This document shows positions 40,226 to 51,940 of a DNA stretch of 64,000 bases, piece after piece. The position numbers and the translations under genes were made by a program. The stretch covers positions 75,736,275 through 75,800,274 of the forward strand of contig NC_057718.1 in assembly GCF_004010195.1 (NCBI RefSeq). Direction: 5' to 3'. The number at the start of each line of letters is the position of its first letter. Positions within the stretch are counted from its first letter, which is position 1. The DNA is from Chiloscyllium plagiosum. Its lineage: Eukaryota. Below the pieces are notes generated by a model, which saw nothing but the letters and a program-made list of their open reading frames with translations, had not been told where the DNA came from and did not search any database.

Positions 40226-41795
40226 TTCATTGAGTTCACTGAGATGTTCTTTTGACTCACCAGCACGTCTATTTTCCCTTTCTCTAGGTTCTTTCGTGAC
40301 TTTCAGGGGGCACAAGCAATTGATACATGAGCTACAAAGTTTCTTAGTTTACTGGTTAATAGCAACAGCTTACAGCAACTGGTAGGAGAAAACAACTGGT
40401 TTCTCCAGGCTGTACCTACTTTTACTGTACAGAGGGAGAGAGAGAGAAACTACCTGCCGTTCCAGCAGTCTGAAGGCTTCTCAGTAAATCAGTCAGACTC
40501 ATGAGCTGTTTATTGAAATCCCCCATACAGTGTACTTTTTGTGCCCTTTCTACCCTTAGTGCTGCACAGATTTATCAATCGAGGGTAGGTGGTATATAGT
40601 AGTCAGCAGGAAGTTTCTTTATCTGTGTCTGACCCGGTGCTATGAGACTTCACAATGTTCGGAATCAATGTTGAAGACTCTTAAGGCAGTTGCCTTCCCT
40701 TTGTATACCAATGTGCTACCACCTCTGGTGGGACTGTCATTCCAGCCAGAGAAAGTGAGGACTGCAGATACTGGAGATCAGAGTCGAAAAGTGTGGCACT
40801 TGAAAAGCACAGCAGGTCAGGCAGCGTTCGAGGAACAGGAGTATCGCCCCTTCACCAAGGGCTTATGCCAATCAACATGTCCAGAGATGTTACTACACAC
40901 CTCTGCTACAGGTCAGGCTTGAACCAGACCCTCCTGGTCATAGGAAGACTTGCTATTGCTGCACCACAGGAGCCCATAAGTGATAGAGGTCACAGGTTTG
41001 AAAGACCACCAACCTACACCCAAGTCAATTAAGGAGTGCCCATGTGAAATGTGAGCCCACTGGCTGATCTCTACCAACCAGTCCTCACCCAACCATTTCT
41101 GGAAATGATTCTGACATCTTCTATCCCAAGAGGTGAGTCCGATCCAATTGTCTGTTAGGAGTCCATGATGTTTATTGAAATAATGTTGGATATCCATTGC
41201 CCAATTTATGGATTGCCTTTACCATGAAGATGCCATTTAATCTCCCAATTACAGAATTATATCTGACCAAAATAAATGAGGAAAACAAAAAATAGAAAAA
41301 GAAAGCTACACTCATAGAGTGCATCCTACATCCTCAGGTCATGCTGAACCCTGTATGGTAGGATTTATTTTTTTCTGAAAATGTTGCTATTGTTGTAATG
41401 TAGGATTAGATTGTTCATGAGCAGGTTGACACAATGAACAAGTAACTGTTTTTTTCAGTTCTATTCATTATGGGATAAATGTTAACCAGAACACCCCTTC
41501 ACCATCATATCCAGTTTTTGAATGTTATGAAATATTTTACACCCAGCTAAGTGGACTGCTGAGGCTTCAGTTTAAACCTTCATAGCAGTTTCCACATTGC
41601 AAGTCTGCTAAAGAACTGTATTGGATATTTCAACATAAAGCATGTATTGAAGTCTGTCAAGAATGATGTGAACCCATGACCATCTAGCAATCTGCTACCA
41701 CTAATGGATAAAATAGTAAATATCCTGGAAAATACCAGTTAAGTGGAATTGGGATAGACTTATTTGAAGGTAATGATTTTTCTTTGTCTTTGTAG

Positions 41796-42015
41796 TTGTT
41801 ACCATACTTGCAGACCAATCTGACTGGATTTAGACAACTGGAGATTTTGAATTTTCGGAATGGCAGTATTGTTGTAAACAGCAAGATGAAGTTTGCCAAG
41901 TCTGTGCCATACAACGTCACCCAAGCAGTCTACTGTGTCTTGGAAGACTTCTGTAATGCAGCAGCCCAAAGGAATAACCTGGAAATCGACAGATATTCTC
42001 TGGATGTGGAACCAG
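41796..42015 (+). CDS. impg1: IMPG1-like exon: SEA2 core ([45 protein letters not shown]...LDVEP)
   Basis: tttgtctttgtag acceptor, G|gtaaat donor, phase 0 to 1. [13 protein letters not shown] is IMPG1-type. Confidence 0.97.
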
Positions 42016-43675
42016 GTAAATGTGTAACCATCGATTCAGATTTTCTGCTGGGAGGCTAAATTTTGAAAGGGCTCAAAAAACTGGAGGCAAACAGAATGTA
42101 TGTTACGTTTTCAGTGTATAGGTTAATGATTAATGATCTTTAAAATCCCAAGCCTACAGTTCATGGAAGCAGTGAAATCAAAGTGCTTACTACTAACCTC
42201 AAAGCCCCATAAAATCTCTGCCACATGGATTTCACCTTTTTTTGATGTTACATTAATTGAGGCGGAAAATCAAGGAAATCCCCACACACACAGCAACATT
42301 GATGTCATCAAGCAAGTGAAGCAGCCAATCATGGTGAAGACTTCTTAATCCGTGTCTAGGAAATAAATTGCACTGATTATTTTTCATTTTTTTCTAAATA
42401 TTACATAAAGCAAAATAAAGATTGAAACAGACACACGGGAACAAGATAAAAATTGAAATATCAAATTAAAATAATCTTATCACAAGCCTATGCAGTTTTT
42501 GTCGCAATGTAGAAATTTGTTAGCCACAAATACAGATTAACTTTTTTCAGAACTATTATTGCATTAGTATACCACTTAAACCCTCATTACACCTCATTTA
42601 AAAGAAGCATAAATTTTGAGGGCATTTTTTAACGGAAGTATTACTATTAACAGAGGCACATTACGTCTGTAGTACAATATGGGGACACCATATCTTTTGA
42701 AGAAACAGGAAATTCCTGGCACCAACTTCTGGATAATTGGATTTAATTTTATATATATATGCAGATGGCAGATATTTCTGTCAATTTCACAGTTGCAATT
42801 AAACAAGCACTAATATTTTCAACATCAGTATAATCACCATGAATATAACAATAAACTCTGGGCCCATATGCAGATGTCCATGAACTAAATGGACTGAGGT
42901 ACTGCTAGTTGTTACTATTTAACATATAAGTGTGTCAACTGGTATAACAAGAGGTATCATTGAAAGAATCATGTACCAAAATTTGTCAAATTTAGTTTAA
43001 GCGATGCAGTGTATTTGAGAAGGTCCCTATCCATAGCACAGCAGTATATCTGATAAAGCAATTGTCAAACTCAAATTACAAGTTGCAAAATACCAACATT
43101 TTAATCTCCCACTAGTGTAGTCATCACAATAAAGTCCGTATTTAAATATGTAAGGATACTAGGCCAACATCCGCACAAGGGTCATCACATTGCAAGATGT
43201 TCTGAAGTGTATGGGAATCAATGATTATTCTTCAGGAGACTGCTGTTAACGAGGCTGGAGAAAAACACGGAGACATAAATAAAGAGCTGTTCCTTTTTCT
43301 TCTTTTGGAATAATTTTATTTGAGTTATTAAAATATTGGAGAAGACAACTAAGTTTGTTTGGCTTACAGTTAAAATTTGTCAAAAAAGATTCTATTTGTT
43401 TCTCAGTTGCCATGGAAATGCAAGGAACAGTGAAGATGGGAATGTCTGGTGACCTGGAGATAATTTGGGGGATGGGTGGTGGGGTGCAATAGGATTGGGT
43501 TGTGGCTCTTAAAGGTGCTTCATAATTTCAAGGAAGCATTTAGGAATACATCCACTTAGCGTTGGTGACCTTTATCTGTGAAGTTGTCATCAGTAATGTC
43601 CCTGATTATAGTTTGAAAATATGTGTTTATTTAAAATGTTTCCAATAGTTGGATTAATCTGGAATCTCATTTCAG

Positions 43676-43886
43676 CTGATCAAGCCGATGCATGTAAGTT
43701 CCAAGCATGTAATGAATTTTCTGAGTGTCGTGTCAACAAACAGACCGAAGAAGCTGAGTGTGTGTGCTACCCTGGTTATATCAGTGTGGATGGACTGCCC
43801 TGCCAGAGCATCTGCAACCTCAGACCAAACTATTGCCTCAACAATGGCAGATGTGAAATAGATCCAGAGAAGGGAGCTGTGTGCAG
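43676..43886 (+). CDS. impg1: IMPG exon with EGF-like repeats ([18 protein letters not shown]...[29 protein letters not shown])
   Basis: ctcatttcag acceptor, AG|gtttgt donor, phase 1 to 2. Cysteine spacing of one complete EGF plus most of a second. Confidence 0.95.
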
Positions 43887-45729
43887 GTTTGTGACATTGG
43901 GGAAAGGCTTGATGAGAAAAGTATATAAATAAAACAAATGTTGTCCAGTTCTTAACATCATGAATGTTACGAATTGTTTTGCACTTTGTTGTTCATTCAA
44001 GCAAAAGATTTACACCAGAATAAAGCGTTTTGATATATCATTGTCACATAAGATTGTTCTCAGAATATGACAACTCTAGTGCTTTTATCGCTATAACATC
44101 CAGACCCTCCCTCAACATGACTAAGATTGAACTCACATTTATCCAACACTTCTTTCTATGAAATTACTGATCCCATCCGAATGACTTTTTCACTGACTTT
44201 GAAGGATTACAAAGAGTCACATATGTATTCTTTTGCTGCTAATTGCTTTTTCATGCCTAATAGTTTCCTCCCTAGCAGCAACTCTCATTAGTGAATTCCA
44301 ACTTCATCTAGGTCCTGAATATCCAACTTGTCTAGTTACCTGAAGCAAACTGAAAATGAAGACAAGAATAGATTGTTTAATCTGAAGACAAAAATATATT
44401 GTTCAATCAAATAAAAAGTTACTTCCAAAATCTGAGCATTGTGATCATCTCTCTTCAATTTGTCCTTCTTCTGTACTGTCAATCTGAAACATAAAAATGA
44501 TCCAAATTGTCTGGTCTCCTGATTGTCAGAGTCGGGATATATGACCAAGGTGGATGTCAAGGTCCAATGGAAGTCCCATTGTGCTGACCTCAGTGGAAAT
44601 TGTGGAGAAAGTCTGATGCTCCCCAGGATCCTCTGAAAATGTTCAAGCAATTCTGACAGACTTAGCTGAATAGTTAACTCTGAAATGTTAAACAGAAAAC
44701 ACATATTCTGTCTCCTGGATAACTACACAACTGACTTCCCAATCACTCACATTGACCCACTGACTACCAATGTACCCCTGACTACCCTCCTAATCCAACA
44801 TGACTAAACTCCCCAACTATCTGACTATCATTTCAACTTACCTCAATCACTCCCCCAACCCACCCACCCACTGAAATATCTACCAACCTCATTCACCTTG
44901 CCACCTCACCCATATGCCACTCTGACTGTCATTCTGTCCACCTATTACACCACTCACCTGCCATCTCAACCGCTTAATATTTCACTCAGCCTAGTCACCT
45001 GCCCACTTACCTCAACACCTGTCCTCCCATCATATTAATTCATTCACTCATTCACCCATTCATACACTCATTAACTTACCTATTAACCAACGTTCAGCCA
45101 TTCACCCATTCACTAACATTCACCACTAGACACTTAAACCTAATGTCTAGAAGCTTATGCCACAGGAAGGGGGTAGGTACTGTCTCCACTCTGCCACCCT
45201 TCCCCAAAAGTCCCAACTCTGTGGTGCAATGTGCTGTGCTTGGAATACATGGCAAAAAATGCAGAGCAATGTTAAGGCAGTTAAAAGCTTAGGCAAAGTG
45301 GCAGTCCATTGATGATTACCACTCCACAAAACACCATGGCCATTATCCTGCATACTTCTCCTTACTGAATCAAAATCAGGGTCTTCTGCATTGTCCCCTC
45401 CTCAAATTCATTCTTTCTCAAAACGAATATAATGATCAACTTCTTATCTGACAATCTGTAGCTTCTTAACCTCAGGCTAGCTGTCATCTATCCATTATTT
45501 CTTCCCTGTTCATTTTCTCTACTTAAGTGGCGTCTGCATTCTCAGCTCTGGCCATTTACCTTTTTTATCAATTTAAAATAATATCAACATTTTTAAAAAA
45601 TCCACAATAAAAATAGATGATGAAAATCATCAGTCATAACGTGCACAGAAACAATTAAGGATCAAGTTAAAAGTGCTTCATGGCTGATTGTTCATTTAAA
45701 ATTAACCATGACCCTATGAAAGGTACTGA

Positions 45730-47200
45730 AATGTAACTGCATTATTTAGGAAAGGTGGAAGGAAGAAATCAAGAAATTAAAGACATGCTAGTCTAACATC
45801 AGCTGTTAGGGGAATTATTGGAATCTACAGTTAAGGAAAGAGACTGAGCACTTTAAAAAAAAGCTTTGAGCTGATAATGAAGTGCAGACATGGACATATA
45901 CAGATGTAGTCATGTCTAACAGACTTAAGTGATGCTTTTTTGTGGAAGAAACTAAAGTAGTAAGCAGAGACTGGCAATCATTTTAGTTTATATCAGCTTC
46001 TCAAAGGCATTTGAGAGGGTTCACATAAAAGATTGTAGTTAAAATTAAAGATCATGGAATTTAAGATAGATTATTGATCTACCTTGGAGTCTGTAAGTGG
46101 CATCAGGAGACTGGGAAGTCCAGGAATAATGGATACATGCTCAAATTACAAGGAGAGACAAGTGGTGGCCCGCAAGGATCTATGCTGACGTCTTAACTTT
46201 TCATTAGTCATCCATAATTTATTAATAGACTTAAATAATGTAACATGGAACCATCCACCTGGATTTGTCAATGAGACAAAAATTGGTACACAGTAACTTG
46301 GGTTGGCTAAATCATAAAATAACAAGACATTTTCGCTTAAGTGAGTGGATAAACTTCAGCAGATGCATTTCAACATGGATGTTAGTCTATTAATTTTTGT
46401 CTAAATGTAGATTGATTCAAGTGTTAATGAACTGGTGAAATGTTAGAAACAATAGGGCTCCATTTGAGGGAGGGACGGTGGCTCAGTGGCTGGCACTGTT
46501 GCCTCACAGCAACAGAGACCCAGGTTCGATTCCCACCTCGGGCAACTGTCTGTGTGCAGTTTGCACATTCGTCCCATGTCTGCATGGGTTTTCTCCGGGT
46601 GCTCCAGTTTCCTCCCACAATCCAAAGATGTGCAGGTTAGATGAATTGGCCATGTTAAATTGCCCATAGTGTGGGGGGACGTGTAGGTTAGGTGCAGTAG
46701 ACTGGAGTAAATGTAGCGAAGTGGGGGAATGGGTCTGAGTAGATTAGGCAGCGGAGGGTCAGTGTGAACTTGTTGGGCTGAAGGGCCTGTTTCCACACTG
46801 TCGGGATTCTATGATTCAAAGAGATCCAAGAATCAATGTACGCAGATCAATAGAATGTAGCAGTCAATGGAAACATAATCCAAAAGGCTGAAGACTGGTC
46901 CAGAAATGTTCACTCTACTTTCTATCCAGAGGTGCTGCCAGTCCTACTGAATTTCTCCAGCAATTTCTGTGTTGTATAAAAATATAGATCTTAGTTAGGT
47001 GCCCATAAGTGTGTAAGGCATAAGAGCAGAATTAGGCCATTTAGCTGCTTCACCATTCTATCATGCCTTGATAAATCTCTCAACCCCATTCTCCTATCTC
47101 CTCCCTGTAACCCTGTGAATGGAGTTAAATATACAAATTAGCCCTGATCGCATAAAATGATGGAACAGGCTTAAGGAGATGAATTACCTACTCTTGTTAC
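45730..47200 (+). mobile_element. Highly decayed CR1 RT remnant with nested HE1-like SINE (46468-46817)
   Basis: agtggtggcccgcaaggatctatgctg (SG.PQGS); SINE A/B boxes tggctcagtgg / gttcgattcc. Confidence 0.75.
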
Positions 47201-48266
47201 TACCTTCCCACTAAAGCTGCCCATGTGGCCTTAATTTTCATTAAAATAACTGCATTTGAGCTAGTGTTGATCACTGTTCTTTTGTATTGGTTCAAAGGCT
47301 CGCAAATAATTTTTTGTCTGTTTTAGTCCACTCATTCTTGCTCAAAGCAGCATGTGTTTATTTTATTTTGCTGATGACTTGTTTCACCATAAATCTTATT
47401 CAAGTTGCACACTCTACATCACAACCTCCAGCAGTCTTGTTCAGTTCTAGTTTTTTATTCCACCAATGAGATAGTGAAAATCTTGGTTCTTTTAAATTTC
47501 GCATCAAACTAGTATTCACAACTCTTATTATTGATTTTCCTTCATCATTGTCTCTCTTTATCCATCAATATTTTTGGCTTTTTTGTCTTCTCTGATGTTA
47601 ATTTCAAGTCAACATTTTATTCATTCCTCTTGACTTCCTTATAGCAAGTCAAATGCATTCATCCTCCACCATTATGACAGGACACAAGGGTAAGTTAGCC
47701 AAAATAACCCCCATTTTAATCCTGCATACAACTTATCCTCCATTTGCTGCAATTGAGACACATGGCATGAATTATTGTACTTAATTATTTTTCCCAGCAC
47801 TTCAAATTGTGCAACACTTCAGTTGTCTTAGTTTTTCTTTCCTTCTCTAACATGCCAAAACTTTAAATTTGTCAACTCAATTCTGTCTTCCAATTTAACC
47901 ACTTCAATACTTTACCTTGTCTGACTTGACGTTACTCTGCACAATGGGTCATAGTTCTTATCTGTGATTTCCCAACTTAAAACAGTTCACTTAAATTAAT
48001 GAACTTAACACTTGAGAGACACATTAACTTACTTCACATTACAATTTCAAACTAGATGCCTATATAAACATTGATGATGAACAGAAGCTGATGGAACAAA
48101 ATCAAATCCTGTTGGTGTTAGCCATAATTCTTCATAACAATAGGAGTTTGAAATGGTTTCTAATGTTAACACCCACTCTTATTTTCCAAAAGCAAGTTTT
48201 ATCTTAGAAGACACTTCTGAACACAACAATATTTTGTCCAGATAATTCTTACGTTCTAAATTCCAG

Positions 48267-48449
48267 ATGCCACATAGATTCCGAATGGTCTTATCGAGGG
48301 GAAAACTGCATTGAGCTCGAGTCTGAGCCGTTAATTACCATGGTTACTATTGTGTCCATTTTTGGTTTGCTGCTCCTTGTTTCATCGATTACTCTCATCT
48401 TGCCAAAGATATTCCACAAATCGATGAAAAACAGGAATGGTCAATTACT
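48267..48449 (+). CDS. impg1: End of EGF2 plus transmembrane exon (CHIDSEWSYRGENCIELESEPLITMVTIVSIFGLLLLVSSITLILPKIFHKSMKNRNGQL)
   Basis: ttccag acceptor, CT|gtaagc donor, phase 2 to 2, open; not in the ORF track. Aligns by eye to IMPG2 [21 protein letters not shown] plus TM; hydrophobic run followed by basic residues. Confidence 0.9.
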
Positions 48450-48580
48450 GTAAGCTTTTAAATTTTTTTTTCCATTTTTCTTTCCTTTAAAAGCAATTTT
48501 TTTCTTTCGTGCATTTTGAATTTTTTTCTAATATTTTTCTGACAATGTTTGAGGAATTCGCAATTTGTTCTGTAACTTAG

Positions 48581-48752
48581 ACACATCAATGGCACTGAGG
48601 GCAAGGCAAATGTTAATCAAGCTTTCGAACATGATGAACCATTGATAGTTGACCATCAGCCACCAACTGATTCTTCCAGCATGCCTAGCTGTTCCCGCAC
48701 CACCACTGCTGCTGCAACACCCACTCAGGAAAATCTGAACTTTAGCAAAGAG
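48581..48752 (+). CDS. impg1: Cytoplasmic-tail exon (HINGTEGKANVNQAFEHDEP...TQENLNFSKE)
   Basis: tgtaacttag acceptor after a 131-nt T-rich intron, GAG|gtaatg donor, phase 2 to 0, open. NQAFE and NFSKE echo IMPG2 NPVYE and ELSRE. Confidence 0.78.
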
Positions 48753-50977
48753 GTAATGTCAAACCTTTTTTAAGGTACTGCATTTTCTTTTTTTGAATTC
48801 TCCAGAATGCCTTTTTTTTAATGGATTTTTTTTCCATTTTTATTCAAGTGAAATTTTTTGAATTAGTTTTCTTTTCTCAAAATGGATGACAATGGACAGA
48901 AGTGCATGATTAGAACATTTATAAGCCATGCCAAGTTACAATTTAGTGACATACCTATGAAGCAACAAGAGTAGCTGAACATTCACTTTGGACAAAGTTG
49001 TTCAAACTATCATCAGACTACGAAAGGTACACAGTTAATTTGATTATGATGTATACATTAAAACACAACAGTGTGCAATCCAATAAAACACAAATACCTT
49101 GTGGATTTCCAACATTGTGCTCACGAACTTGGTCAGAAAACAACAAATGCTGAAAATTACAGCATCCATGGAGAGAGAGTAAGCTAACGTTTTGAGTTAG
49201 AGTTGGGGGAAAACATTTATGCTATAGTTTGAGGAGGTGGGGGTAGTGGATGTAGGGTGCTGACGGTGAAAAGATGTTAGTAGTTTACATTAAGCGATTG
49301 GAATGTGAGAATGACGAAACAATGGTGTGTTTCTTGCTAGACTTGAAAGAACAGTAAGTGGAATGGGGGGAGGGGAAGACAAGCTAAAAGAAAGGGAAGG
49401 AATGGGAGTTGGTTCACAATTTAAAGGTGCTGAACTCAATACTAAGTCCAGAAGGCTGTAAAGATCCTCGTCTGAAGATGAGATGTTGTTCTTTCAGTTT
49501 GTGATGGGATTCATTTGAATACTGCAGCATGCCAAGGATAGACAAGTGGGCATGCGAGCCGGATGCTGTGTTAAAGTGATCAGCACACAGACCGGAGGTG
49601 TTCCACAAAGTGGTCACACAGAGCGCAGTGAACACAATGCACAAAATTGGAGGAGGTACAAGTGAAATGCTGCTTCACCTGAAAAGGCTGTTTAGGGCCT
49701 AGGATGGTGAGCAGGGAGGAAGTGAAGGGACGGATGTTGCATCTTTTGCCGTTACATGGGAAGGTGCAGTGGAGAGGGATCGTGTTGGTGGTTGTGGAAT
49801 GGACTAGGATGTCCCAGAGGGAACAATCCCTACGAAATACAGACAGGGGGAGTGAGGGAAGGATTTGTTTGGTGCTGGCATTCTGCTGGAGTTGTCTGAA
49901 ATGGTGGAGAATGATCCTTTGAGAGCCCTGTCAACCACAGTGAGTGGGAAACCATGGTTAAGGAAGAAGCAAGCCTGTACAATCCCCATCCACCACCACT
50001 CTCCTCTGCTTGGCTGAACTTGTTCTATCACTGAACAATTTCTCCTTTAATTCATCTCACTTCTGCCAAGTCAAAGGAGTAGCTATGGGCAGCCACATGG
50101 GTCCCAGTTGTGCCTGCCTCTTTACGGGGTATGTGGAACAATCCTTGTTCCAGTCTTACACTGGCCCCTCCCACAGCTTTTTTCTCGATACATGAACAAC
50201 TGCTTCGGTGCCACTTCATGCTCCTGCCAGGACCTTAAAAATTTCATTCATTTTTCCTCCAATTTCCACCACTCACATTGTCAATTTCTGACACTTCCTG
50301 TCCTTTTTTGACCTCTCTATCTCCATTTCAGAGACTAAACTGTCCATTCCATCCACTACAAAGCCATTGACTTGATAAGTACCTTCACTACGACTCGTCA
50401 GACCCCATGTCCTGCAAGAATTCCATCCCATTCTCCCAGTTCCTTGGCCTATGTAGTACCTATTCAGATGATTCTACCTTTCAAAACGGCACTGCTGATA
50501 TGGCTTGCTTCTTCCATAAACGTGGTTTCCCACCCACTGTGATTGACAGGGTCCTCATGCGTATCTGACCTATCACCCATGCTTCCATCCTTGCCCCTTC
50601 CCGTCACTCACGACAGTGTGGTTGGCTTCCCCTTGTTGTCACTTTTCACCAGCCTCCACATTCAAAGGATCATTCTCCACCATTTCAGACAACTCCAGCA
50701 GGACGTCACCACCAAACACATCCTCCCCTCACTCCCCCGTCTGCATTTCGCAGGGATTGTTCCCTCCAGACATTCAAATCCATTCCACAACCACCAACAC
50801 CACTCCCTCTCCACAGCACCTTCCCATGTAACTACAGAAGGTGCAATATCTGTCCCTTCACTTCTTCCCTGCTCACCATCCAAGCAGGATCCTGACCTTC
50901 CCACATCCGGTCACTTTAACAGCGTCCAGTCCTCAGCATGCTGCAATGTTCCAATAAATCACAGTGCAAACTGGAAG

Positions 50978-51940
50978 TGTTGATGTCCATTTTTTTTTCC
51001 ACAAATCCAGACGACACGTTTTCTGTTCAACAATGGTAGCTTTATTATCGGACAGCCGGCACTAACGTCACTAAAGTAGCTGAGTGCCTACTTGTAGCGG
51101 CTCTTCTTCACGAATTTCTGCATTACATCCAGAGACAGTATATTTTATAGGAAGTTGAACAAAGACTTATCAGTCACATGGATAATTGACATCACATAAC
51201 TTAAAGTAGACAATTAAGATTTTAGAAAACCTGATGATTGCTGATAATGTGTTGCTGGAAAAGCGCAGCAGGTCAGGCAGCATCCAGGGAACAGGAGAAT
51301 CGACGTTTCGGGCATAAGCCCTTCTTCAGGAATGAGGAAAGTTTAAACATCGATTCTCCTGTTCCCTGGATGCTGCCTGACCTGCTGCGCTTTTCCAGCA
51401 ACACATTTTCAGCTCTGATCTCCAGCATCTGCAGTCCTCACTTTCTCCTCAAAACCTGATGATTGTCAATGTCCTGAAATAATGTGTGAATGGACTATAG
51501 AAATCGATTATTATATCTTCCGTGATTATGTGTTAATGGAAAGGAATTAAGGCAGAAAGGTTTTGCCTGCTATAAATGGGGAACTCACATACCTACGCTG
51601 ATATGGAGGTGGGGTAACTGGGGGGATTCACATACCTATGTTAAAATGGAGGGGAAGTGAGAGAATGGGAGACGGAGGCAGCTAACTGGATTGGGGCCAG
51701 CGTTATTAGTCCTGTCTGGAAAGGACAAAGGTCTTGTCTAGGCTTACTTGCATGGAATGGGGGAATCCGCATGTGTGGATTGAAAGAGTTCAGGCTTTCA
51801 GTTGCTGTTGCAGCAAGTTTTTTTGGTAGTGGGATTTTTAAGCTTAATGTCCCCAATGTGCCCTGAAAGAGAAGCAAAGGATGGAACTGACATTCCCCCC
51901 ACCCTCCTCAACCTCCCCCCGTGACATTTTAACTTCATCA
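50978..51940 (-). mobile_element. Putative solo LTR inserted in the Penelope element
   Basis: TGTTGA...TCATCA termini, 4-bp TSD GAAG (50974-77 and 51941-44). Minus-strand TATAAAA (51143-49) and AATAAA (51041-46). Host sequence resumes across it. Confidence 0.72.
51241..51450 (+). mobile_element. Fold-back mini-element with intact minus-strand hammerhead (51302-51329)
   Basis: 15-bp TSD AAAACCTGATGATTG at 51226-40 and 51451-65; arms near-identical to the 33357 element. Confidence 0.88.

Noticed and set aside
39525..40560. Possible LTR-like sequence around the CR1 (similar texture at about 24390-24770, 29890-30530, 61700-62270)
   Set aside because: Could not define TG..CA termini or TSDs by eye.
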